Below are positions 41,311 through 54,732 of a stretch of 64,000 nucleotides of DNA, one piece after another. The DNA lies in NCBI GenBank assembly GCA_040954595.2, contig CM082587.2:2757000-2820999 (forward strand), in the 5' to 3' direction. Position 1 is the first letter of the stretch; each line of letters opens with the position of its first letter. The notes under the pieces are model-generated. The model saw only the letters and a program-made list of their open reading frames with translations. It was not told the origin of the DNA and did no database searches. A program made the position numbers and the translations under genes. This stretch comes from Balanoglossus misakiensis. Lineage: Eukaryota > Animalia > Hemichordata.

Positions 41311-44300
41311 GACTACGTTACAACACGCAAGGTACAAGTAGTCATATCAAGCAATTTATGAACAGTGTCTGAGGATAGTAATGGTGTACAGCCAAGCATT
41401 TTAGCAGGATATCACTTCTTTTTGATATTAACGAAAAGAAAAAGGATATTGTTCTGAGAGCAAACAAGTCACTTCCTGGAGCAGGCATCAACCGTGATGA
41501 ACACTGTTACAGTACAGTTTTTATTGGTGGCTCGAGTTGTTATGAAAACCATGGAACGTGCAGTGTTTGGAAGGCAGAGTCAGCAAATGTCTCGTACCGG
41601 ACTGGAACTGTCAATCTCCGTGCTTGAATAGCGAGATTCCAACAAACTGTTTCTTCTAATGGACAACATGCACGAGGACGTTATTTATAAAAAACATAAA
41701 CATTTAGCGGTCGACGGCTGGCTTGCCCTGGTGTCGGAATATTTCCACGATCGCTTTACTTCCCATCAGATTCAATAACGGAAAGAGAGGGAATTTACCC
41801 AGCATGGTGGCAGTCACTCCAGTATACACACGAAGGTCCATTCATCTGTTGAAGACCATGCGGTCTCATCTATGTCCACAATTGCTACTAACAGAGATTA
41901 CAAAAAAAGCCTATTCATCCACATCGATGTAATTCCACGGAGAGAAGAGAAAAGCCTCCAACATCAATTGTGGGAAGAAACAAGACTGGTGAATGCATCC
42001 CATTAAAAGCTTCAAAAGGAACAAAGTCAAAGAACCCGTTTGTTACGAAATGCCCACACATCAAATCACCTTTCAGAGCTTTTATCGCGCCCACATAATA
42101 GCCGAATGCGTGAGACGCACACCGGGGTCTATTCATTCACAGTGAGACCTGCCCGGGTAACCACATGGTCAGGTTGTCATTCGGCTGAAATAGCTGCGTG
42201 AACAAACGGCTCACCTTGAAACGAAAATTAACAGCTGAACAACAAACTCACATTGAAATGAAAATTGAATTCTCTGAATGCTAGGCACGAGATACAAAGC
42301 ACTTATTGTTGATAAGAAATTCCTTGGGTTAAAAATTTAACACATGTATGTGTGCGCAACTGGAAAAAGTTTCCTGAAGCTGATGTTTACATGCAGCATT
42401 TGGTCACGGTGAGGCTGCAGCCATCAAGTCTTTATAAATGAATAAATTGATGTAAATCGATGGCAAAGATTGGATTTACTGGTTTTATTATTTTTTTCCA
42501 AAGGGTACAGAACGAGCAAATTTTCAAGGGTTGTGAACTGCTAATGTTTTTAAGGAAGGAACTATTAGTAACTCCATATCACCAACAGGATAATATACAT
42601 GCTGTAATTACATTTTAAAGTGATACATGTCAAACGCTCTGTGCAACACGGTAATTACAGATTGCCCCATATGCAAAAGACGCCCTCTTTATCACAGAGT
42701 CATAAACTATAATCAGGCATTAACCTTTACTGTCTGGACCATAACCATACATATTAAAATGTAGAGGTGTGTCTTGTGCCAGAAGTTTGGCATTAGGGCA
42801 GATTTCCTGTGCATTTTCATACCAGTCTGTGCTAAGTTTTATTTGTATGCCATGTGGAAGTTTAGAAATATTTCGCAGAGGCATTGTCATTACAGCTCTC
42901 AGCCTTCTCCCAGACAGAAAAGAGATTTAAGTCTGCTAACAGATTCGAGTAAAGAACTAACTAGCAATCAATAGATACATTTGGCACAGCCTTAAGTCCC
43001 AGTTGGCGTTCTCTGATCTTGCCTGCAGCATTGCAGCTTATGATGAAATTGAATGATGGCCACCGGAGAATTCTAGCGATTTAGCTAAGAAATCATGGCT
43101 GGGGAACCTCTAATGCCATTACAGATGTGCACAAAATATTTAGGGTTTTAGGAGTTCTGACTGAACTTGACAGCGCCTGGGTCTGTGAATACGAACGACG
43201 CAATTAGAATACAAATTGCATCTGGTAGTGTCCGCTATAATCTGTAGTGATGATATAGCAGGGTCAAAGGTGAGGTCAAGATGTCGCTGCATATCTGCAG
43301 TCTGCTAATAAAATTCCGGGTTCTCAAACTCAGAAGCCAGTAAAGCTATAAGCTTTGATAATGCAATCATCATATCAGCATGTTTGTCCTGTTCAGCTAG
43401 CTAATTTTTGCTCTACCCAGGCAACCAAGGGAAACGCTGGGAATTAGCTGCGGTCCACCGAGTCCAAACATCCTGCTATACCGACCACATACTCGTGATA
43501 TATAGGCTTATAAAAAAAAAACTTTTTCTAGAAAGCAATAATTGAAATAATAAACCCACTGACACCAGAACATGAGAATGTCTAACGTTGGCCATTGGTG
43601 GCTCTCTCTCTCTCTTTCTGATAACACAACTATGTGATGGATGCCCCCCCCCCCCCACCAAAAAAAACAACAACATTGCGTGACCAACAACTGTACCATA
43701 TGACATTATAGATTACATGGACATGTAGCCTGCTCAACTTTGGACACAGCATACAGCATGAAACACCATCACATGTTAAAACACTGATCTATAAATAAAT
43801 AAATCAATAACATAAAATTCAATAAACGCACATTATGGAATGTGATTAATCAATTTTAGAAAATAACGGTTCTGCATCTAACTCTAACACTTATTAGTAA
43901 ATTTTTGACGAGTAAATTTGTAAGTAATTTAACAAAATGGCAGAAATATCACATAGACCAAAGGAAAAAGAACTTACAAATGAAAACACGGCAAGAGTAA
44001 TATTTTCGCACTTAGCGAATGGGCTGGCTGTTAAGTACAATGTGATTGAAATTTCTGTTAGTGTGAAGACTGTGTCAGTCTGTGGCAGGTTTATACGCTT
44101 CAATAGTGTCGCCGCAGTAAAATGGAATTATAAATCCAGTCTGTGTTCATTTAATTCTTATTAGGATCAATACTCCACAGACATGAAAGAATTAGAATTC
44201 GTCAGGGTGCTGATCACGTGCGGTTGAATGGCTACAGATATGGACTCACCAGTCCAAATATCACACAGGACGAAAAATGACTTTGATGATGTATTCACTG

Positions 44301-47300
44301 AGGTTGTTTTATGTATGAAATAGTCATCATATAATTCTCCATATAGAAATGAAAAATAATAGATAATTGAAAGTTTTTATTTGTATTATTTTTAATAAAA
44401 TTATCATACTGCAAAACTTGTCCTTACAGAAGGACTGATTTTGTCGTACTTTCAAAATGACTGATTTTGTTGTATTTACATCACTCAGTCTCAGAATGTT
44501 GAAAATTTCGTACAGAGCCAGCAGCAAAACCGCACGCTGCAAATTTTCCCTGATTTTCCCACTGAAAGTAGTCTAATACTTTTCACGTTTAATTCTTTTT
44601 TGTTCAGAACCAGATTTAACCAGCTGCCGGCTACGTTGTTCGTCCCTAGTGATCCGTACTCAGCAAATTTAAACATTGCTATAGACTGGCACCATTGAAA
44701 AACATGTCACACCTTGTAGCTGGAAGGCACTGGAAAACAATCTTTTTTTTCTCCCAGTTTACAGGGCAACAGTAACATCATCACTACGATTGGTTTCGAG
44801 GAATCTGCTCCTGGGAAATCAAGCAGATTGCTTTCCCCTAGCAGGACGAGGGGAAGTTAAGCAGCCGAAATCAAAATACTTTTCGACTGACCAGGACAAG
44901 GACAAAGAAATAAAGTACGAGACATCCAGTTTGGGTACTTTGCCATCAAATGGCCATTTTTGGACATGAGGTCACGCGCGGGACCCCTACTGTTTACGAG
45001 GCATAGTGTAATGGATCAACTGACAGGAATAGCCTGTATGTTACACTGAGCAAATTGCAGTCTGGAATACTAGCATTGGAATGAAGAAAATTAAAAGTAT
45101 TATCTGTATTGTAAATTCCTTTTTCAAGAATTTATTCTTGCGTTTCTGACAGTCTCAGGAAAAAGATGGATTTGTTCCTTTCCCTGTCAGGCTGAGTTGA
45201 CAGAAACACAGAGATTAAATAGCCCATTGATGTTAATGAATGACCTGATATTGTTGTAACTGCATCATGCGCAAGCCTTAAATTCAAAAGACCTTAATTT
45301 CAAAATTGTGCCACAACTGCAGGATAAAGATAATTTCAGAAGAGTCAAAGTTGAAACTTGTTTTTCCATTCAAAATGAAACCATGCGGCAACCATATGAT
45401 CGTAAATTTTGAGTAAATTAACGTCAAATCAGATTCGGTCACTTGCAATATTGTACAGAAAATTACAGAGTAATTGGGCATGGATGTGCATGAGATGTGC
45501 CAATTTTGTGGTAATATTAAAATGGCACCATTTATTTTATAGCGATCTCGATTCGGTCGACCATGCAGACAGATTCATTTCTCCACGTGTCACTGAAGGC
45601 TACTATATCCAAGAGAAACGGCGACCAATTAGCATGCGAGAGAGGTGGGAGAACTCGTTAGCATTCGATGATTTGGCGAACACGCTGACAAATCGCTGCC
45701 GTGTACGTCACCTGTTTTAATTAGCTCGACGGCTGGAGCTGCTCAGTGAACTGATGCGTGTACAGAAAACAGGGGCACACACTTCCTGGGCATAACTTGT
45801 AAACAATGAGTCATCATCATCATCGCTGTACTTTTATCCATGGGAACAGCGGAGTCCGCGACCACACACAAGCACGCACGCACACGTCTGTCACTAAGAA
45901 GAGACCTACTTTCCCCCTTTTCCTAATGCCACTCGTAACTAAAGAGTCGTCATTACTCAAACCACAATCTGTCAGCATTTTAATTTTCTGCATAGCTATG
46001 TCGATCACCGCATGCTAGTCACATACAACCAGAGGCTTCAAAACTCATGCACTCTTTTGAAAATATTTCAGGGGCCCTCTTCCAAGCTGTGATGGCATGC
46101 CCCAGATATACAATGTAGTATTCTAACATAATGCGGAAAAATGTTCAATGCTTGGTAACAGATGGGATTCTTCAGTGTATACGCATTACACAGTATTTAA
46201 AATCACTCAAGCTTTTAGAGTCAACTTTTCCATAAGTGGATGCTTTTTCTGGAACTATAATGACAGTCACATGCATATGCATCAAATCTTACAACAGTGT
46301 TTTTGAAACTTACTGGGCACGCGACCTTCGAGGACGTGTGACGTACGACTGGTAAATCTAAAAAGCCTTGTATTTAAAGTTTCCAGGGTGTGGAAGTTGA
46401 TAGTGCATGAAATAAGCGACTGAAAATATCTAATCTGTTTTCCAGGGAATCCGATGTAGCGAATACAGCTTATTAAACGAGGCCTGGTAATGTTTTTAAA
46501 TTAACTGCAGAAATGGGGTTTCGCTGCATTGAATACCATTTACATCCTCATGCTTGATTGCACCAACATGCCTGGACATTCATTGTCTGAAGCCCTTCCA
46601 TGCTACAACGTGTGAATGAGGAGAAGTGAACGAGAACGGATGTCGGTATACACACGTCAGCCAAGAGTGGCTGCATGGCGACAATGTCCATCTTTCTCTT
46701 GGTTCACGTGCTCGTGTCTTGCATAACGATTTTCTCAAAAACCCCATCATTTGGTCAAAATAAATTTCAGTGGCAGTATCTACGATACACAGGACAGCAG
46801 GGTGAAAAGGTTATCAAATAGATAACAGTTAGAAACACTCACCATATGCTAAAGGCTATCAGCATACCCACTTAGAATGTCAAACTACCAGTGTATAGCA
46901 GAAAAATAAATTTTAAAAAATCTAGCCTTATATGAGATTGCTCTGGGCATTGAGAATCACAACAAGAACGTGCTAAGGCCACCAGACTAATTAACTTCAG
47001 TCATATGTATGTACATGTGACTTGACAACGCAAACAACAGTCACACTATTGGGTCCCTCAAGACACAAATCTATTTAAGTTTCAGACACAACGGACACAC
47101 ACGTGTCAGACTGTGACTACACATGCGACTGACGTCAATATTTCACTTTCGCTGCACAAACTGTGAAGTGGTAGCTTTAATTTAATACGCAATTCAGAAG
47201 TTTCTGTGCCTACAGTTACTCTGCTTGTTATGTCAAAACAGACATATAAAAATGTTCGGATTACTGTCCCTATACACCTACTGCCATAATCCAGTCTACC

Positions 47301-49794
47301 GTTCAATATGTTCCTCACGCACTGTCCAGTAAGTATGCAAATGAGGGAACAGAATCACAACCATACTGCTGATATGCATGCCATATTCATATTTCAATGT
47401 ACTCACTAAACGTACACGTACACACTAAATCAGTACATGTCTCAATAAATGAAGTTTCCTTCCATCTAAACTGTGTCAATTTAGTAATTCCATACATGTA
47501 ATGATGATGTTGCCTACTGGGAGAGTTATTTTGTCGAACTTGGCTTTCCAATTTCGAGTCTTATTAACCTAGGAGTCAGCCAGGCAATCTTTTCACTGCA
47601 TGTAGCCTTGAAACAAATGCATTATTTATTTAATGGATTAAAATCCAATTTTATCCAAGATAGTGAATATTCACTTGGTTCCAAAGAGTTCTGTACTTAA
47701 GCCCTTTTTGGGGGAAAGATATCTCATGTACAAATGCTGAGGTTGACAAGATACAAAGAACTTTGTGAAGAGTGAAAACAATGTGCTAGAATACGCGACA
47801 GCAGAATGTAGAAATTAATATCAAGTCTGTAAACTAATATTTGAACTGATCAGGTGCTAATCAAACATTGATAGAGGCCTATAATTGGTGTAGTTCCCTG
47901 ATTTAAAAGATTGTCTTATACTTTATTAGGAATCACCAGTCATGCCAACATCATCACGTACAATTGCTTCTGCATGTTATACACGAACAAACTCATGAGC
48001 TTTTCAGGAATCAAAAAGGAATATCTGACAGCTGTCAAAAGAGACAGCAGCAAAAATAACACCTTTTCGCTTTTCTTCCTCAGATTTATCTCAGGGGATA
48101 AATAAACCGATAAAGTGATAGTACTCAGCATGCTTGGCATTCACAAGAACATTGTCTGTTTATTATTGCCTTTCACTCTGTAGTGATACGGCCATCCACA
48201 AACATCTTGTAAAGTGGGGAGCTGCTGAATAAATAATACATCTGTTATGAAAACCCTGGGGAAAACCGAGCCTGTCGTGTGATCAGCTAGATAGGATTTT
48301 GTAGATTATCTGATGCATTGTAATCTGCATGACAGTGGAAATTGTGTAAAATATTGCCTTTGTGTGAGCGAGAACAGTTTTGCCATTGTCAATGTGAAAT
48401 GGCTCTTTCGCGTTCGATCACAAGTGGGCATTTATAGCGATTTCTCGAGTGAGTATTGTGAAGCGATGATTTTTCTTTCCAATCACGCAGTGCACAATTT
48501 TACATTTATATGCAAAATTAATATCCATACGGATGCCCTTTTCATGCTGGTTTGTTTTCCGTAAAGAAAGAACGGTTTCAATTTGCCAGTCGAACGTGAA
48601 AAGCACCGCCAAGCGCGTCCAGCAGAAAATACCAAAGTTCATAATTTCCTCTCATCAACGGATGTAGGTGATTCTATTTGAGAATCTCCACAAAAGTATG
48701 TCAGTGAAATATTAACAGAATGTGCCTGCGTGGATATATCCGATTACCAACACTTTTATGGGGCCACGGAGGAATGTTAAGAGTTGCGGTGACAGACAGG
48801 CACTGTCAGAAAACCCCACTCCAATAAAAATTATTGTTTTTATATAATGTCAGAGAGAAAATGATTTATCAATTTAAAATGTCATAATTTTATCCCGGTA
48901 TGTTTTTACAGTATGATTTTAGTTTCTAAGTTCAACAAAACTGTGTGTAGATACGACAGGGGATGGTAAAATATGAATTTGTCTGTGTGCGTGTCAATAC
49001 AGATTTCCCCTAAATCAGAAATAATGTTTAGTTGTTCTATATATGACAGAAAATATATTCAGAATCTTTCTTTGAAATATTTAAATCACTTTGGAAGCAC
49101 AGGTGGATGTGAAGAGATTTATTTAAAATATCTGTGCTTATCAGAACTTAAATAAATGTGGTCAAGTGTGACCTTGTATTATGGTGAACACTTGTCACAA
49201 ACTGTCAGACGTATTGCGGTCGTATCGGTCAAAATATTCCAATTCGAAAATAAAAATATTGACAGTTATAAACACATCGCAAACATTGCCCAGACACTGA
49301 TCCGATTATGGTATGGGGTTAGTATGCGGTGATGCAGTCGGCTTAAATACTGCTCTGGCATTTGCTGACCTGATGGCCTGCTATCAATGTCTATATATCT
49401 GCATGCTATTCGCTATCACATTCTCCACCGCCCAGCCCATGGAACTGGAGTTACCCTTCACATAGATGTCTGGAATGGGAACCCATTAAAAATTCTAAAG
49501 GGCTGGAACTTTTTTTGTTTTGACCAGGGGACTATTCTACCCACAAGCCACCACACCGGTGGGGCTACTGAGAGGGGGGGGGGAGAGGCTCCTTTGTTCT
49601 TTGTGTTTATTGTACCACGACGAAAACAAAACAGTCACACTCAGAGGCACAAGTAAACATCTCAGCAATATCGGAGACCACCAAGGCAATAATGGCTGGG
49701 TCACACCACTGCACAGTAGTGAAGGACATGCATCTTAAGATTTGAACTTTCAACTCGCGTGATTAATAATTAGCGAAAACGCTTGTGCACGTAC

Positions 49795-49880
49795 CTCCCC
49801 TGGGTTTCTGCTCTTGGTTTCTCTCTCCGTCTCTCACGGGGTGATATGTCAGCTATTCCCCAAAAGCTCCCACTTGACCG
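49795..49880 (-). other. Candidate non-coding first exon with TATA-like element (49904-49910)
   Basis: Donor GAG|gtacgt and no ATG in the exon; TTATATA about 27 nt upstream of the putative start; CpG-rich. Confidence 0.4.
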
Positions 49881-52800
49881 ACCGTCGTTGCGACTACCAC
49901 CGGTATATAACTGCCTCTCTGACGTCCCCCTCCACTGTGAGTTAAAACACCAGGTGTGTTGACGAGGTCGCTTTGCACTGAGCAGCTATAGACAGGCAGC
50001 TATTATATCAAAATCCCGGGAGGATCGGAGAAGACGTGGAAATAATTCAGAAACTATAACACTGTCCACAAACTGATGGCAGTCACATCACTATGATCAG
50101 AAGTTGTTCAGCTGCTATCAAACGTACCACACATGAGAGGGGGAACCGAGCTGGCCAGACTCTACCATTTTTTTCGCGAGGGATAGCAGACGTATAACCG
50201 AGGGAAAACCCCCCTTTCGATCTCCTGATAATTGCTAACTACTGGCAAAGTCTACAGTTTCGGTATTATTTCTCATACAAAAGTACTCCATAGTGGCTCT
50301 CCCAATCAAAACAAAATATTCGCTTCCGACAGACCGACTATTCAGACTTTCTACGGCCGCCTGCGTACAATGGAACGCACTACGGCAAGCCTGGGTCACT
50401 CTGAGCGGCGAATGATCGGGCGGGGTCAACAAAAAAGAAATCCTGGCTTGTTATGTAAATGTTTAAACACAGAGCGAATCAACGCTGACAGTTTCAGTGG
50501 AACACCGATCACTTTTCTCATTTCCTACAATAACCCTGCAGCATACAGACACTCTCTAGGTTGGAAATTCTTTAAATACTTAATGACCTAATCATTGCAG
50601 AGCTTCACGAAGCTGCAAAAGCGCAAAGCTATAAATTTCTGTGTCGTTTTTTCTTTTCCGTGTGTCTGTCACCAGCCAGTGACCCTGGAGTACCCCTTCC
50701 CTCTGATTGATGGAGTCAATTAAACATTTGAGATTAATCTATAATTTATAAATAAAGCATCTCTCAAGGCTTTTTTCATAGTACATGTACACACAGACTA
50801 ATTGAATTATCAACAAAATTGACGAAACATGTTGTGTGCCGTGATCATACCAGACTCAACCTCAGTCATAAAACAATTCAAATATTTTAACTTCATTGAA
50901 ATATTCAACAACTATTGCAGCTACACAATTAGTTTTTAGAGGTTCTCTTTACTAAAAATCTGGGTATTTTTCATCAATGTTCATGTCTGTTTTGATTTGT
51001 TTTCTACACACCCCTTGCTGGTTGGCAAGACAACATATAGTATGTACTATTAAATTGGCCTATTGGTATTTTTTTAATGATGCAAGGCTAGAAATAATTT
51101 GTTTATATTGTTGTCCCACAGGACAACCACTTCCAAGACATTTGTAGCCTGGGAATAATGCCTGGTGGTCCCACTTCCGTCCTTGCTAAAATGCCAACTT
51201 TAATTAGTATTTTCCGTATCTTATTAGCAAGACTAATTACACCTTTATATTTTGATGTCTCTCAGTATCATGTGATGTAGTTTTAAGATTCAGCTGTAAT
51301 CTTATCATTGATAAAAAGTGGTGCGCTTACAAGGCTTATCAATATTCAATAGATTTGCTATGTTTGTTTACTTTTCATTCATTGTATATTTCCCAAGTCT
51401 TGTTGCTTGAGGGCGCTCTCAGCAATGAGAAACAGCGAAAAACGTTTAAGTTAATTTTCCCAAACTGTATCAACTAGACATTGAATTCACCGTATAAAAA
51501 AGCACACATTTTCCCATTCTACTGGAAAACTTTCGGGATTTTTGTCCCGAGGAATGTTTTTCCCATATCTCGTGAGAATCTGTTCGATTTAAATATACTT
51601 TCATTTGAAACTGCAATCATGGAAATTATATGGCCGAATACAGCTGCCAAGGTTGTAAATGTAAAAATACTGTTTCCCATTTAAATGAAATATTTTAATG
51701 CAGCATTTTATGTTGGCGAGAAGTGGTTTTCCCACATTTTAACTTAATAAAATTTTATATTTCGGGTAAATCTGTTTGCAAAATACGTGTCCTTTTTTCA
51801 GTGTTTCTCCTGATGCAATCTTAGCTTGAGTTCGTCTGGGTGAATTATACCCCGGAGCCAGCGTAAGTATCATTGATGTAGTCTGCAAATTTAACAGTCG
51901 TAGTAAATTTCATTGCTGTGACCCAAATCTGTGAAAAGCATCATCTCATTACATCAATATTACAACCATGCCAACTGGCGGCTGTAAATAAGGAATAAAC
52001 CTATTGGAAACCGCAAAGGCAGTTTTGTCGGCTGTAATAAGTGTAAGACTTTTATTCTTATGGACTCTAGGCGGCGCTGTCCACACGTCTTTGACATCCC
52101 AAGTGCCGTCAATCAACACTGGGCCTTGATTTCTCTGTCGTTGCAAAATACCGCAAAACTCTCTCTCCCCAATATAAGAGAAAGGAGATTGTTGATTTTT
52201 TCTTCCTAAAGATTTCGATTCAGATCTATAATCCACATGCAAGAATTACTCTCCATGTCCTCAACATGATATAGTAGAATCATTTTCTTGCCTAAAGGAA
52301 CAAATACTCATGCCCCCCAATCAGTGGGTGGTCCTTCAAAATATTTCAATAAAAACAGTAGCTGCAATTTGACTGTGTCTTTGATTTTGTCCGAAACATG
52401 AACATGTCAGTTCTGGAGAGAAAAGGATCTGCAACCAAGCTTGTTGACTTCAGATAAGACACAGCTGTAAACTTTTCAGTGTGGCAAGATACAGTGTAGG
52501 GCCAAACTTGCCCATTATTAAAACCAAAACAATCCTGCTTTTAATTTTATCAGAGGGCATCTTAAGGGCACTGCACTGTATATACTAGCCCGATGTTGAA
52601 GTCTGTTATGAGGCAATTGGAGATATTATTATCAGCTACTGTGAAGGGATCCTGTTTCTCGTCAATGCCACCCACAACATTATATGACCCTAATGTAATA
52701 GCCTAACAAGTTCAAATGCATGTCAACATAGCTTCACTGCATGCTATAAATGGTTAGTGTTTTAGCTGCTCTGGTTTGTTATCGTAACCTGACCTGAAAC

Positions 52801-53596
52801 TCTGTAGGACAAATCCCATGTCATTTTCAATACATGTCAAAGAAATACACCAAGTAGTGGAATATATTGAATATTAACATCACATTTGATTTGCTCCACA
52901 GCTTTATTTACGATTGACCAGCCACTGCCACACTTTGTTATCAACTCAAGTAGGGAAAGCTACATGTTAAAATGAAAATATTCATAGGTTGATCATTGTT
53001 TTTTGCCTTATTTTAAATACGAAACTCAGCAATGTAGACACAACATGCCTGCAGCATTTTTCATTATGTAAACTCTATCATGTAATACTTATAAGATGAC
53101 TTGCTTCACAATGTAAACTCTGAGTGACACAACTGTAAGCGATCACCATCTGGATTGACAGTTGCACTGTTGTAGATGCGTCTCATGGAATATTAGAGAT
53201 GAAATACTATCTTCCATTATGCATTGCTCAGCAATTTATAATAAGACCATATCAATGCTATTAGTAGCTTCCTCAGACAGAGAGTGCACTCTCAGACTTG
53301 TTTTTAGGGGGAAAATGCGGAAAATTGAAGATTTTGTGCATTTTAGAATGGCAAAAACAACATGAGAGGACTTTTGATATTAAAAGTTATCAGTTTGACA
53401 TGATTTCATTTGGGCCAGCACTACAAAAACATTCACTGAAGATGTAGGGTTTATATGACGCCTTGTGAAAGAGCTACCAGTGTAACTTTTAAGGAAAAGA
53501 CTTTTAAAGTTACAATCCTGAGGATGTTTTTGTTTGTCAAGCATCCTGTTATTGACCATGTGGCAGGAAAGACTTATAACAAAAAGCCAAACAAAC

Positions 53597-53690
53597 CTTC
53601 CATGTCTGCGGGATGGAAATAGACCGAGTTCTTCACAAACAGCGTTGCCATGTTGGACAGCAAAGCATCACACATGGTTGTCGTCTCCAT
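53597..53690 (-). CDS. Candidate alternative first coding exon: METTTMCDALLSNMATLFVKNSVYFHPADME-
   Basis: aagATGG, 31 codons +1 nt, donor AAG|gtttgt (phase 1; the same donor type is used at FIRRM 63355). CpG-rich region at 53700-54100 and CCAAT at about 54205. Confidence 0.68.
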
Positions 53691-54668
53691 CTTTCCAACA
53701 AAAAAAATCACCGACCCGACTCTGGCAGAAGAGCAACGAGAGGACACCCCAGTTGTCCCAAAGAGCACCTACGCACACACATCCATCTAAACACGGCACC
53801 ACTGCAGCTACTGGCCGACTTTCGTATGTGCCTGCCCTGTGCAGTGACGGGGCACCCAAGTCAAGTACGCAAGAATTCACAGCTGCTATTTTTAGCTCAC
53901 CCTGTTGTGTGTGCATTCCCTCAGTATTGGAACTAATCAGACCCGAATACTCCACGCTGAGCTGCCCGGTCGTAATCCAACCCCAAGAGTATAGTTAGCA
54001 AGAACTGATAAGAGGGAGCGCGCCCTTCAAAACTCGGGGAGAGCCCCGGCCCCGATACAGGAACCACGGGCAACGCAATCAGCCGCGCTTGAAAGTTAAC
54101 ATTCAGAGCCATTAAACACAGACAAAGCGATACAGTCAAACTTGGAATGTAAAAAGCCGGCATAGGACGATGACAAGATAAATGTGCAAGAACAAACACC
54201 TTTCATTGGTCGGTGCACCTTATATTAAAGTTGCCATGACAACTGCAAACATTGGGTTCAGGTCGAATTCCTAGGCCAAGAATTGTTTCACTGAAGTGAA
54301 GGACGGGGTAAAAGTAGGAAGTGGTCACCATTCCTTGATTCGAACGTAACAGGAAAAAGAGTCTCCTTTACGTAACCCACTGGGCATGACAAGTCATGCT
54401 GAAGTTACAACTCTGTCCAGTGATAATTTATATGTTCAACATTATATGGGAAAATATATATAGTTTGTGAGCAATTAAAGTGTATGATAGATAAACCACT
54501 GTAGATATGTCCTTGTACATGACAGTGATCGGCATTTATTGCTGTATGTCAACATACAGGGACACTGCTTATCTCATTGCTGGGAAGATTTGATCTCTAC
54601 AACTGGACGCTATCAGTCGGAGATAGCCTTTCTGAGCGAAAACAGAAATAAAGTTTGTAATTACTCAC

Positions 54669-54732
54669 TGGTGTAAGTCCTCAATCTGCTGGTCCTGAAG
54701 TACAAGGGTAACGAGTTTACCAACCAATCCAT
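54669..54732 (-). CDS. Candidate alternative first coding exon: MDWLVNSLPLYFRTSRLRTYT-
   Basis: ataATGG, 21 codons +1 nt, donor CCA|gtgagt (phase 1). Confidence 0.55.

Noticed and set aside
16754-50134. Additional very short phase-1 ATG-donor units (16784-16754 MMYLTLTQVF, 21031-21016 MHLLL, 22468-22453 MIIGN, 29282-29273 MGL, 50134-50128 MC)
   Set aside because: Short enough to arise by chance or with weak context; not counted, though worth testing with junction reads.
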